Source of the DNA: Lama glama
Lineage: Eukaryota
Direction: 5' to 3'
Assembly: GCA_028534125.1 (NCBI GenBank)
Contig: CM052832.1
Span: 7,318,001 to 7,382,000 of the forward strand
Length of the DNA: 64,000 nucleotides
A program made the translations under genes and the position numbers. Positions 14,681-26,884 of this stretch are shown here, piece after piece. Position 1 is the first letter of the stretch. The number at the start of each line of letters is the position of its first letter. The notes beneath the pieces are model-generated. The model did not search any database. It was not told the DNA's origin and worked only from the letters and a program-made list of their open reading frames with translations.

Positions 14681-16356
14681 GAGAGAGAAAACTGCATCAT
14701 TAATTTCCTACCTTTCACATTCCCCTCCCACTTACTCATATGCGCTGGAACACACATTCTTCACACATTCCCACACTTACACATATAAATGCACATATAC
14801 AACTTACACACACACATACGGCTTTTTTTTTTTTTTTTGGTCTTTTAGCGGGGCAGCGCTTTATTTCAGGCACATTGTACCTCAGTCTATCAAAGATCTC
14901 TGACTTGTTTTGTTGAGTTTTTCCATGTGTAGGGGCTGCGAAGGAGGAGAGAAGTTACTGGAAGCTGATTGTTTCTGTGGTCAAAGAGATAAAAATTCCG
15001 TAACTACCATCGTAGGTGTTACGCCGCCTTCTCTGGGATTGTGCTTCTCCCGGGAAATCCACAGAACCGAGAACTCCAGAAAATGTGGAGACGCTAAGTA
15101 ACAGTCAGTATTTCAAATATGGGCGACCAGACGGGCTTTTCTGAATAAGAAATTCTAGGGCAGTTGAATTTAAGTAATTTTCTTGGGGACTTTTCCTCTT
15201 TCTTTCTCCATCTCTGTTTTGTCCATTCTTTGCTTTACTCGGTAGATAGCAGAATATGCAGGCCTCAATGTTTGGATACTTTGGGGATTTTAAGGGCCAT
15301 TTTAATCAATGGCGAATTATTTATTTTAATTAATCATATCCGGTAATTCAGCTTTATAGCCTTCCTTGGACATCCTCCCGCCATTTCACATTTCAGTGGA
15401 GCTAATATAAGCAGCTCTTGGAAGTTACTAGTCTTGGATCCCTTAAAATATCCTACAGTTATTTATAATGTGGAAATGAAATTTTCCACTGAATACCCTA
15501 ACAACGTTTCAGGTATCTGGCACAGCCGATTTTCAGTCTCCTTTCAAAAATATCCTCTTGCTGAACATTCACACTTTCAACTGGAACTGGCTGAGCCTGG
15601 AACTGATGATGTCTTGGCTCAGAGTATTATACTTAAAGAAGAAAACATTTTTACAGACCCTTAAACCGAACCTCTCCTGGTAATAGTAGGCACAGAGGAA
15701 AACTGTGAAATTTTACATATGTGTGTTTTGTGCTATAGTTTGCAAGATCTCACTCTTGGGCTTAGATTTTTTTCTACCCCAAAATGTGCAGAACAATTCA
15801 TCCACTAGGTTCCTCTTCAGAAGTATGCCTGTTTTCTGTTGTATATTATGGCAGAAAAAAAAGAACATACCTTTTTCTGAAAATGTGGCTACTCTGGAAA
15901 ATACAGGCATAATTTTCCCCTCCATCTCTTTTAACGTTTAATATAGCTGTTTAGTAACAACACCTGGAAAGTCTGACTTTCCAGACAAAGAAAATGAGAT
16001 GTGAAATGAGATGTTTATCTAGTCAGAGAATTGAACTCCCCAAACTGGGACCAGAACCATGCTTCTTTCATTCAGGTTTCATCTTCTAACTATGAAATTA
16101 TTTCATTTTTTTTTTCTTGATGGGAAGTGAAAAAGTCACTATGAAATCTTACAATAGTTTTCAATGGAACAGCTAATAAAGTGGGACAACCTTTCAGACG
16201 TGCATTGGAAAATCATGGACATACTGATGATCCCTCAAGTCTCACACGGTTGTCTGGGTAAACTTTATACACAGAACCACCTTTAGAGCATTTTCCTTCG
16301 GACTGTGATTGAGTGAAAGTCCCCCAGCCCTTGTAGAAGTAGCACTACCACCAGAT

Positions 16357-16692
16357 CAGAAGTTGTCATACTAGAGCCCATAGGCCAGATCTGGCCTGGC
16401 GCCTGTTTTTGTATAACCCACAAGTTAAGAATTTTTTTTTTTTTTGCATTTTCAAATAGTTGGGAAAAATTAAGAGATGAATAATATTCATGACATGCAA
16501 ATCGGATATAAATCCAAATTTCAGTGTCCACAACATTTTATGGGAACACAGCTCTATTCATTGGATTAGGTATTGTCTGTAGCTTCCCTGGTGTAAAACA
16601 GCAGAATGTGTAGTTGTGAAAAAGATTGGATGACCTGAAAAGCCTAAAATAGTTAATACCCAGGTTTTTACACAAAATTTGGCCAATCCCTG
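16357..16692. mobile_element. hAT-Charlie MITE, MER58B-like
   Basis: About 335 bp with degenerate terminal inverted repeats (cagaagttgtca / tggccaatccctg) and internal aggccagatctggcc and aagcctaaaata motifs. Confidence 0.7.
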
Positions 16693-18205
16693 CCCTGAAG
16701 AGCAAAGGCTGGGATGCAGGATCCTGGCAGAATGGGACAACATTGTCCTTCCTAGTGGGAGCACATTAACTGCATAGATGAGAAAAGAGTAAAGAAACTT
16801 TCATGCAGTCTGAACAGGAGAGAAATAGGTAAGGCTGAAACAGGTTTATTCCATCTGTTTTACAGATGATTACATAAGAAACATAAATGAGCTTCCCAAG
16901 AATCTTTGGGTATTCAGTATTTTCACAAGTCCCATTTATGCTTTTAAGATGGTTAGCTTAATAACTCAAGAGATCCAAAAGCTTTCTGACATATTTTTAT
17001 TTTAATTTTTATATGGTTAAATACTGTATGATTTATTTTGAGCTCACTAAATTTTTCCCTTTGCCAGTGGACCTATAATAATTTGCATGGCTGTAACAAG
17101 AGATGAAGTGTTTGTAGTGGAGGGCTTAGCATCATAAACCCTTCCTTGTTGTTCTAGTTAACATTCCCATGGGCCATGTTCAGGCATTTATAAGAGAGTG
17201 CAGCATTGTCATAAAAAGGCTGACGCTCGCCATGTGATCTTTCAGAACCACATTTGTATCTTGTACTAATTGTACTTGTAAACACACCTTTCTAATTGTA
17301 CTTCAGGAATGGCGTTGACTAAAGTGGTACATGTTGTGTTTGACTAAAATATCAGCTTACTAAATGACACCCTATTGACCTGAGGCAACCAATGTGATTT
17401 CTAAAAAGAGTTTAATTTCTTACCCAAGAGTCAGAGGAATAAAACTCATTTTCCCAAATCAGCCCTTTAGTATTTTGGTGTTGGCAGTTGTCCTATGTCG
17501 GTGGCAGTGATCTCTGGGAAGTAGTGGAATATTATATGTAAAAGTTTACAGAGGTCTATGATGAAACATCTAAGAACACCCTAAAAGGAAATGTTTCCCA
17601 TAGCAATTTAACCATTCTTTATTGATGTGCTTGCATATTATGTTCAAGGCACAAAGGAAGGTTGCTCTCCAATTCTAATCCACACTGCCTAGAATTCTAA
17701 AGTTCCACTTTAGACATTGGAATGGTGGCCTGAACCGCTTGTCCCCTCTCTACACCCTGCCATCAGGGTGAGAAATGTAAATTATAATAGACTCAGTCCC
17801 TACAACAAAGTATAAAATCAGCATTTGTGCAGTGTGAGAAATTTGAATTACCAACTAGAGACGTAGGAAACATAGAAGAAAAAAACAGTGCAACTTGGTT
17901 CTATTAGCTGCAGTCTTGGAAAATGCCAGTTCTAGGTCACCATCCTAAGTGGTTTGTTCCTCTTATTTCATACTCAGAAACTCTTCCTCCAGAGTTTTCC
18001 TCCAGCATTTCCTGAACTAGACTTTTCTCAGAGAAAGCACTTTCATTTTCCCATCTCACCATGATCAAGTTCTATAAACAATGATTCTTCTATCTTCTAT
18101 GACTTCAAATGATTCTCCTGAATTATTACTATTCCACTGAATTATCTTTTTGTTGAGCGGGATCTGTTCATTGCATTCCTACAAGTCACTATTTTTCTTC
18201 CCTAG

Positions 18206-18971
18206 TGCTGCCAGTTAGCAACTTCTTGCCTCTCAGGTCCAAATTCATCTTTTTACCTTCTTTGTGAAAAATGGAATTGGGCCCTTTAAATATTTCTCCT
18301 TACCAGCTGGCATTGATGGTTTGTCAGTAGGGGGCATTGGAGAAAGTTACAGAGGAAAAGGGCTTTGGTTCCCTAGTGTTCAATACAGCAGGTTGCTACA
18401 ACCCAGCAAGTGTAGCTTCTCCAGCAGGTTGCTACAACCCAGCAAGTGTAGCTTCTCCAGCTCCTGGCTCCTACAGTGCACACACTTACAGCTTCCACTG
18501 GACCCAGCTGCTGCAGCAAGGTTGGTTTCTCCAGTGCCAGGCTCCTGCTGTGCACAGCCAGCTGCCGCCACCACCCAGGATTTTCCCCCAGCACCCTCCA
18601 CCTTTGACTGTGTTGTAGCAGTGTGCCTCTGGTAAGTAAGACATCTATTTGTAAACAGCTTTCCTGAGCACCCTAGAGGGAAGATTTCCAGCAAATTCCA
18701 CCAATGTAACTTGTCTGCCATCCAGGGAGTCAAGGCTATGCTCCCCCAGTAAGATTTGTATCTCAGCCAAAGGGGAGGAAAGGGGAGGCTCTGTTTCAGT
18801 CCTGAGGGCAGTGGATGCTCTTATTCCTATAGTCTCTGGAGTTCTCTTCTTCCTAGCCAATTCTTTGTTAACGCCAACCCATTTTTATAGTCAACAATTC
18901 TTTATATTAAACTTTTCTTGTTAAAAATTACTGTGTGGTCTCTCTTTCTTCATTGTTCTCAGAGTGATATA
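18206..18971 (+). mobile_element. Old ERVL-type solo LTR (LTR33/LTR41-like)
   Basis: 5' part has ccagctggc...tgtcagtagggggcattggag. 3' end ttatattaaacttttcttgtt...ctgtgtggtctct...tgatata resembles the LTR33/41 terminus. Ends are approximate. Confidence 0.6.
18386..18457. repeat. Perfect 36-bp tandem duplication
   Basis: cagcaggttgctacaacccagcaagtgtagcttctc at 18386-18421 and 18422-18457. Confidence 0.95.
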
Positions 18972-19259
18972 TAAGAATTAAAAAAATTTCTGGACCCCAT
19001 GATGTACTTGTTCATAGTGTTTTCCATTTGAGGTCATTCCATTTGGGTCATTATCAGGTGAGCATTTCCAACATTACATCACATCTATTAAATGATTTGT
19101 CTCTACCTGAGAGGTATAAGTGGATACTTAGAAGACAGATTCTTGAGAAGTTAGGGAGAGAGTGGAGGTAAAATTGGTCAATATTCCCTCACGCCCAGAG
19201 TCCTTTTGACATCTCCCATGAAATCCCGTAGTCCACACTTCAATTAAAATACACACAAA

Positions 19260-22200
19260 GGAGGTGCCAAGATGGCGGAGTGGAAAGACTCATAGCTCGC
19301 TCTCTCCCACAAATACACCAAGAACTACATCTACAACTCCAATGAATCGCACAAAACACCTACTGAACTCTGTCAGAGTATCTCTCACTTCGAAATACAG
19401 GAGGATTCTCAAAAAATCCGGTAAGAGAAAAAAAGAAAAAAATCAGTGTGAGACTGGCCCTGCAGGGAGGTAGGGGCAAATGAAGGAAGGCACCCTCATG
19501 CTGGGATGTCCCCTCTCCAGCTGGGAGGTCAGCAAGGACAGAAGCGGAGCTTCTGAGGCCTGGAGGAGAAAAGGGTAGCCACTTGGCAGACAAAACTGGC
19601 ACAGAGGGTCCCTGCTATCCCCAGTCCTAGACACGAGCCAGCAGGGACATGCCAGGACTGGCTGCTGGAGATTGGTGGGGAGCCAGGGAGAGGGCTGGGG
19701 CCCACTGCACAGAGGCAGCCTGGAGGGTGGTGTGAGTTCTGGCTGGGGGTGTGTGCGGAACAGAACAACCTGGGACCCCCATAAAAAAGCACCACTGCTG
19801 GTGTGTGTGGTGGGGAGGGGCATAGCACAGCACGCCATTGCTGCTTTGTCCGTTTGGCTCCATTGGCATGTTCTCGCGAGAAAGGAGGTGGGGCTTGGTC
19901 ATAGCCAACACTGCTGCGCAGAGGCGGGGCTGAAAGCTGAATCCATACCCAGGAGCCCTGCAACTTCTTAGGTGGGACTGAGATCTGTTTACAGACCCAG
20001 GCAGAGAGGGCAGATTTGCTCTCTCTGGATCCTTTGTGGACTAGTACCTCTGGGAGAGTAGGCAATGAGCACATTTCTGGCTCATGGCTGGGGTTAGTAC
20101 CAGTATTTACAACAGGCCGGTGTACAGTACTCTATGCAGAGGTGTGCCGACACTCTGGCACACCAGGGATTCAGGTATGTGACCACATGCTCACTATGGT
20201 GGGCTCTAGTGCCTGACTTTGGTGGATCTGTGCTGTTGGTTCCTCGGGCCCAGAACCTGGGGGACATCAGAGTGAGTGGCCAATATTCCTGCAGCTAAGG
20301 TAGGGACAAAGGCAGTGTCAACAAAGAGTACTATCTAAGCCCATATACCAAGTGACAGACAACACCACAGAGGGCACTTCCCAGTGGACATCTCCTGCAG
20401 AGTTATACTCAGCAACTCTCCTTCCTAGCTGAAGTGCTTCAACCCTGCTTGCCACACACCACAGCTCAGAAACGGGTCTAGAAGCCTCTATTCCAGCAAC
20501 AGGGGAGCAGACCTGGCCCCCATCATGGTTGTGATAGCCACGGAACAAAAAAGGAGGCTCTGCTCAACAACGACAATCAGGGTAGACTGTGATCACCACC
20601 ACACCAACCATACCCCCAATCAAAGGGATAACAACCAACACACACGGAAAAAAGATGTAGCAACCATCCATACTAACAACAGCCCTCAAAACAAAATTAT
20701 TAGATGCACACAGTCTACACAGGAATACTCCCACTTTAAATAAAAACAATCAAACAAAAAACACCCCAGCCCTTTAAGACCAAAGTAGATAACTGATATT
20801 CCTAAATCCATAAAGCCAGAGAAATATAAGTAAAATGAAGAAGCAGAGGGCCCATTCCCAATTAAAAGAATAATAGAAGTCCCCTAAAAGAACAAGCAAT
20901 AAGATGGACTTTGACATCAAATGAGATAGATCATGACTTCAAAAAAGAAATGATAAAAGCACTGAAGGGAGTAAGAGAGACTATGAATAGAGACAGAGAA
21001 TACTATAAAAAGGAAATAGAAACTATAAAGAGCAGCTAATTAAAAACAAAACTCAATGGCTGAGATAAGAGCCTAGCTAAAGGTAATCAGAAGCAGATCA
21101 GATAATGCAGAGGAACGAATAAGTAATTTAGAATACAGTATAACAGAAATCACCCAATCAGAACAGCAGACAGAAAAGCAAGTAAAAACCAATGAAAGCA
21201 ATATAAGGGACCTGTGGGATAATATAAAGCATGCCAACCTACACATAATAGGGGTCCCAGAAGAAGAAAGAGAAAAGGAGATTGAAAAGGTATTTGATGA
21301 AATCATAACTGAAAACTTTCCAAACCTAAAGAAGGAAACAGATATCTAAGTACGGGACGCACAACGGGTTCCAAATAAGAACCCAAACAGACCTACACCA
21401 AGACATATAATTAACACGGCCAAAGTTAAAGATAAAGAAATTATTCAAAAAGTAGCAAGAGAAAAACAAAGAGTTAGTCACAAGGGAACCCCCATAAAGC
21501 TTTCAGCTGATTTCTCTGCACAAACACTGTTGGCCAGAAGGAATGGCAAGATACATTCAAACTCCTGAGTAAGAAAAAGCTGCAGCCTAGGATACTCTAT
21601 CTGGCAAGACTATCTATCCTTTAGAGTAGGAGAGATTAAGAATTTCACAGACAAGCGAAACCTAAAAATATTCAGCAGCACTAAACCTATCCTAAAAGAA
21701 AATTTGAAAGGTCTACTCTAAATAGAAAAGGAGCAGAAAGCTATAGAAACAAGAAAACCATGATTGAAAATGCAGTAACTACAATGAGTTGCAAGAGAAT
21801 AAACATGAAGATGTGAGGGAAAAAAAGGACATCAAAATCATAAAAGGTAAGAGAGGGAAGCAAGAAAATATAGATTTTTTCTTTTTTTTTTTCTTCATCA
21901 TTTTTAGGATGTGTTTGAGCCTACATGACTACCAATCTAAAGCGAACAGTATAGTAAGGGGTTAACATACTTGAAAAACAGGATAACCACAGATCAGAAG
22001 CATATAATAGAGTCATAAAAATAAAAAAGAAACCAAGCTAATACAAAAGAAAATTATCAAACCAGAAAAATACCATATGATATCACTTATATGTGGAATC
22101 TAAAAAAAAAAAAAGCCAAACGAACTTGTCTGCAGAACAGAAACAGACTTATAGACATAGAAAACAAACCTATGGTTACCAGAGGGGAGAGGGTGGGAAG

Positions 22201-22440
22201 GGATAAATTGGGAGTTCAAGATTTACAGATAGTAATTAATATATAAAAGTACATGAACAGGTTCATACTGTATAGTGTGGAGAACTATATTCAATATCTT
22301 GTGGTAACTTATGGTGAAAAAGAATATGAAAACAAATATACGTATGTTCATGTATGACTGAAGCATTATGCTATACATCAGAAATTGACACAACATTGTA
22401 AACTGACTGTACTTCAATAAAAATATATATAAATCAAAAA
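19260..22440 (+). mobile_element. LINE-1 with 5'UTR, decayed ORF1, spacer and 3'UTR but almost no ORF2
   Basis: 5' YY1 motif caagatggcgg (19268), ORF1p motifs, ORF2 terminal codons EKYHMISLICGI* (22065-22103), 3'UTR with AATAAA near 22416. Degenerate TSD at 19246-19259 / 22441-22454. Confidence 0.88.
20835..21722 (+). pseudogene. Disrupted L1 ORF1
   Basis: MKKQRAHSQLKE followed by stops. Later LWDNIKHANLHIIGVPEEEREKEIEKVFDEIITENFPNL, RPTPRHII, KGTPIKLSADFSAQTL and terminal LKGLL*. Multiple stops and frameshifts. Confidence 0.9.
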
Positions 22441-22509
22441 AACATATACACAAAACCACAGGCAAAAATTCCAGAGCTGCTATACGTCTAGCTGATAAAA
22501 AGCCAGGAT

Positions 22510-22670
22510 GGGGCAAAGGGTGTAGCTCAATGGTAGAGTGCATGCTTAGCATACACAAGGTCCTGGGTTCAATTCCTCAGTACCTCCATTAAATAAATAA
22601 ACAAACAAACAAACAAATAAATAGAATGAAATGAAAAGTAAAAAAAAAAAAAAAAAAAAGAACAAGAAGA
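22510..22670 (+). mobile_element. tRNA-Ala-derived SINE (Vic-1-like) with A-rich tail
   Basis: gggtgtagctcaatggtagagtgcatgcttagcatacacaaggtcctgggttcaattcc...tacctcca followed by an (AAAT/AAAC)n and poly-A tail. Degenerate TSD aaaagccagga / agaaccagga. Confidence 0.88.
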
Positions 22671-23884
22671 AAGAACCAGGAAGGTGGGTAGATAGATATC
22701 ATGCAGGATCTGAAAAGCAAATTGCTACCACCCAGGAAAGGCAGGGAGCTGGATTCGATGATGCTATCTTATTGTACTGGAGATCAGAGATTAGGCAATG
22801 CTATGGTTCTCCAGAAAATAAATCAGAAAAACATTGAATGAAACAAAATAAACAGACTTAGTACTGCCAATTTTCTCCCAGCTTTTAGTGTGCTGTATGC
22901 ATCTTGAATCTCCATGAGAAGAAACTAGAATACGCTGTTTCCCAAATTTACTTAATTATTGCTTCTGAGTGAATTTAAGGGTCTTTGAAGTATTTTTAGA
23001 AAATACGGAACTAAATCAAAGTGGAAAAAAAATGTGTGGGAACGTTAAAGGGACCATCCCGTCTAGAAGGGAATACTGTAATGCAAGGGGGGGAATAAAG
23101 TTGGCGAGGCTGCTTATAGCTAGGTCGCAGATGGCCTTGGTACCGTAATTCCTACCTTTGTACACATTTACAAAAGGGAGAAGTTTCAGGCTGCTTCTAG
23201 AAGCCGTGCTCTTGGTCCTTGTTCCACCATTCCAGCCCAATTCACCCTTCTCGGTCTGAACAGGAGAGCTGAATGGAGGCTTCTCTGAGCAAAGCCAGTA
23301 GAAGGGAGAGGCAGAAGAGCCTGCAAAGGCAGGGGCCAGTCCTATCTTTATTTAAAGTTTAGATACTTCACTCATCAGGGATCTTTTGCTATTAAATTTG
23401 ATTTTTAAGACTACTGCATTGAAATGTTATTTTGAATAATGAGTTTCTTAGAACGCCCTTATATTTTGCATTCAAGGCCAGTGCCTCAGTTAATTTCATC
23501 CTAATCCTAATCCTAGCTCAGTGGGGATACAGAATTTAACAGAGTGATTTCCTGATCTCCCTGCTTTGTCACCACCTTTCCTTTTTAAAATATATTAGCA
23601 AATACAAATACAAATTGTAATAACTCCATATTTTCCCTCAAAAGAATAATACATTTCATAACTTTCAAAAACCTAACTGAGGTCTCAACAGCAGATATAA
23701 CAGAAGAGTGGCCTTCAATAATATAATAATATGTAAGAGTAACTCCATGTGTGTGTTTATCTCATTGTCATACTCTGGCAACAAAAATACAAATCATCCG
23801 CTCTTTATGACACAAGTTGAAAGAGGGAAAGATGTGCCTTCTTTGCTGTTTAACTTTGTTTTAGGAGAACTATCATAAATTTTA

Positions 23885-24000
23885 AAAAAAATTTTAAATG
23901 TATTTAATTGAAGTATAGTCAGTTTATTATGTTGTGTCAATTTCTGGTGAACAGCATAATATTTCAGTCTTACATGTACATATCCTTTCCATATTCTTTT
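23885..24000 (-). mobile_element. 5'-truncated L1 3'-end fragment
   Basis: Reverse complement resembles 22320-22425 (attgaagtatagtcagttta...tgttgtgtcaatttctg). Confidence 0.8.
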
Positions 24001-24922
24001 ACATTCAGTTTTATTTAAATTAAATATGTTGCAAACATAAAACACTTAGAGTCTGTTATCTTTCATTTCCATAAGTATATCTTCGGTGTTAAATTCATTT
24101 GATTCTTTTCATAAATTAAATGGATTCCATTATCTAATCTTTACAGGGGTTTTATAAGAGACAATTCCTACTAGTGCCACTACGGTGGAAATAAACTTTC
24201 ACCAGAGTGTAAACAATGGTAAGACATTAAAAAAAAAAAACTTATTTGACCACTGTTCTTTCCTCTGTCAATACAGTTGTTGTTGTTTTTTTTTTCTGTT
24301 AATTCACATCTTTGCCTGGAGAATATATTTATTTCTATTTCTTAAGTAAAATCTTTAGCTTTCTGTAGTTTTTGATGACCAGGTTTGAGGCTTAACCATA
24401 TTGTGTTGATTCTTAGAATTTCTGAAACAGGAATTTCTCACATGCCTTAAAATCAAACTTTATACTTGTCTCATCCTAGAAAGTCTTAATTAGGATTTTG
24501 ACTTCAACGTTTAGGTCAGATTAATATGTACGTGGCTCATCAACGATTCTAAAATCCTATTGGATGATTTCTCATTATTGTCAAGTAAAAAAGAAACTGA
24601 TGAAACGTTCCAGACCTTCACTCATTTACCTAGTTTAAAGCTTATTTTTCTCTAAGATTGTTGAAAACATGGGTTGTATCTAGTAGTTTCATTGAATATA
24701 GCCTTTTTTCTGTTTTTAACTTATTTCACTGCTGTTTATTCTTATTGAAGGGGATTATTACAGTGTACCCATAACTGTAAATGTAGAAACTAGTTGAGGT
24801 GTTAAAATTTATTATATATTGTCATTCAGGATTTAATCATGGCTTCTCTGATGTTGATGGCATAGGTTCATACAAAAATAAATATCTTTTTGCAGAGGTA
24901 TCTGTGATAGAACAAATTGTGT

Positions 24923-25065
24923 GGTGAGGGGGTATAGCTCTGTAGTAGACTGCATGCTTGGTGTGCATAAGGTTCTGGGTTCAATCCCCAGAGCCCTTAT
25001 TAAGTGGAAAAAAAATTTTTAATAACAATTAAAAAAAGTATTAAATTTTTTTACATTAAAAAAAT
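24923..25065 (+). mobile_element. tRNA-Ala-derived SINE (Vic-1-like), diverged
   Basis: gggggtatagctctgtagtagactgcatgcttggtgtgcataaggttctgggttcaatccccag followed by an AT-rich tail. Confidence 0.8.
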
Positions 25066-25796
25066 TTGAACTGTGGAACATATATTAATAAGGAAAGAAT
25101 TACTAAGCATATGATACATAAGCACCATAACTCATCTTAGAGTCAGCCTTGAAATTTGAAAGTTTTTCCATTTTCAACTTTTGTTTGTAAACTTTTATAA
25201 ACTCAGCCTTCAAGTTTCCCTCTCAGCAGAGATCTGACAAAAATATTTCCTTTCAGAGCATAACACTCTATAGAATATTTCCTACTGTCAGAGTTAAAAA
25301 TTTAAAAACTGAAAGAAAAATAGAAAGTTGCTTTGCACTTGTCCCCCCCAAAATGGGGGTGTCTTGTATCTAAATAAATTAAAATTTAAACAATCATCAG
25401 TAATTTTTATTATGTATGTATGGAAGGAAAAATAAACTAGTTTAAATTCATTCACTTCACCTGTGAAATCACTGTATTATGTGAAAAACCTATGTGGCTT
25501 TGATCATTTTAATACAAGTTGCTCAATTTTCTTTTCTTCTCAGTGAGAGAATATGCCATTGAAAGAAAAGAAATTTTCAAAAGGTTTATGTTGGAGTGGA
25601 GACATGGTCTCTTCCCTCTAAACTCCCTTCCAGGAGCAGAGAAACAGAACTACATGAGAACTATATTTCTTTTCAGCACATTTTAGAAGAGAGGGTACAG
25701 GTGCAGAATGGGACGTGTACTGGTACTTCTTTTTAACTAACTCCCTATAATGTCTTGAACATGGGCTCCAGACCAACATGTCCTGTGGCCTCACAG

Positions 25797-25852
25797 AAAT
25801 AAAATAAAATAAAATAAAATAAAATAAAATAAAATAAAATAAAGAAAATAAA
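25797..25852. repeat. (TAAAA)n microsatellite
   Basis: Directly visible. Confidence 0.92.
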
Positions 25853-25859
25853 AAACAGT

Positions 25860-26812
25860 TCACAAAATGGGAGCAAATATTTGTAAATCATATATCTGAT
25901 AAGTCTCTAGAAGCCAGAATATAGAGAAGTCTTACAACTCAACAGCATAACAACCAAAAAGGCAAAACAACCCTTTTTAAAAATACACAAAAAATCGTGA
26001 TAGACATTTCTCCAAAGAAGAAATGCAAATGGCCAATAAGCACATGAAAAGATGCTCAACATCATTAGCCAAAGGAGAACTGCAAATCAAAACACAATGA
26101 GATTGCTTCCTACCTGCTACAATGGCTATAATAAAAAAGATGGACAACAACATTGTAAGCATTGTAGAAGGTATGGGGAGATTGAAATATTGATAGTGGG
26201 AATGTAAAATAATGTAGCCAATGTGGACAACAGTTTGGCAGTTTCCTAAAAAGTTAAACATAAAATTACCACAAAACACAGCAATTACACTCAAGAGAAA
26301 AGAAGACATATGTTCACACAAAAACTTGAACACAGATATTCATAGCAGCACTGTTCATAACAGCCAAAATGTGGCTATACGATCAAATGTTCATAATAGT
26401 CAAATGTCTATTGACTGCTGGAAAGAAGAAATAAAATGGTATATCCATTCAGTGGAATATTATTCAGTCATAAAAAGGAATGAAGTAATGATAGGCGCCT
26501 AAACATGGAGGAACATTGAAAACATTATGCTAAGTGAAAGAAGCCAGACACAAAAGATCACATATTGCATGATTCTTTTTATATGAAATGTCCAGAATCC
26601 AGAAAAAAAAAGTATATTAGTGGTTGTCAGGGGCTGGTGGGAGTAAAGGGAAGTGACTACTAACAAGTGGTATTTCTTTACAGAGTTATGAAAATGTTCT
26701 GGAATTAGGTAGTGGTGATCACAACACAATATTGTGAATATACTAAAAAAAAAACACTGAATTGTACACTTTAGAAGGGTGAATTTTATGTAATGGGAAT
26801 ATCTCAAATTTT
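25860..26812 (+). mobile_element. Older L1M fragment (end of ORF2 and 3'UTR)
   Basis: tagacatttctccaaagaagaaatgcaaatggccaataagcacatgaaaagatgctcaacatcattag, aacattatgctaagtgaaagaagccagacacaaaag and cactgaattgtacacttta motifs. Confidence 0.9.
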
Positions 26813-26884
26813 AAAATAATTAATTAATCAAAAAAAAAATGAATGAGTGGGACTAGAAACCTGTTGAGGGGAAGGAGCTATAGC

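Noticed and set aside
18386..18457. 36-bp direct repeats resembling CRISPR repeat length
   Set aside because: Only two abutting copies with no spacer, in a eukaryotic context.
22518..22588. Possible tRNA-Ala(AGC) gene, and the four similar copies
   Set aside because: Stem mismatches, A-rich tails and TSDs identify them as SINEs rather than functional tRNAs.
25977..26807. 93-118 aa ORFs
   Set aside because: Fragments and antisense frames of a decayed L1M element.
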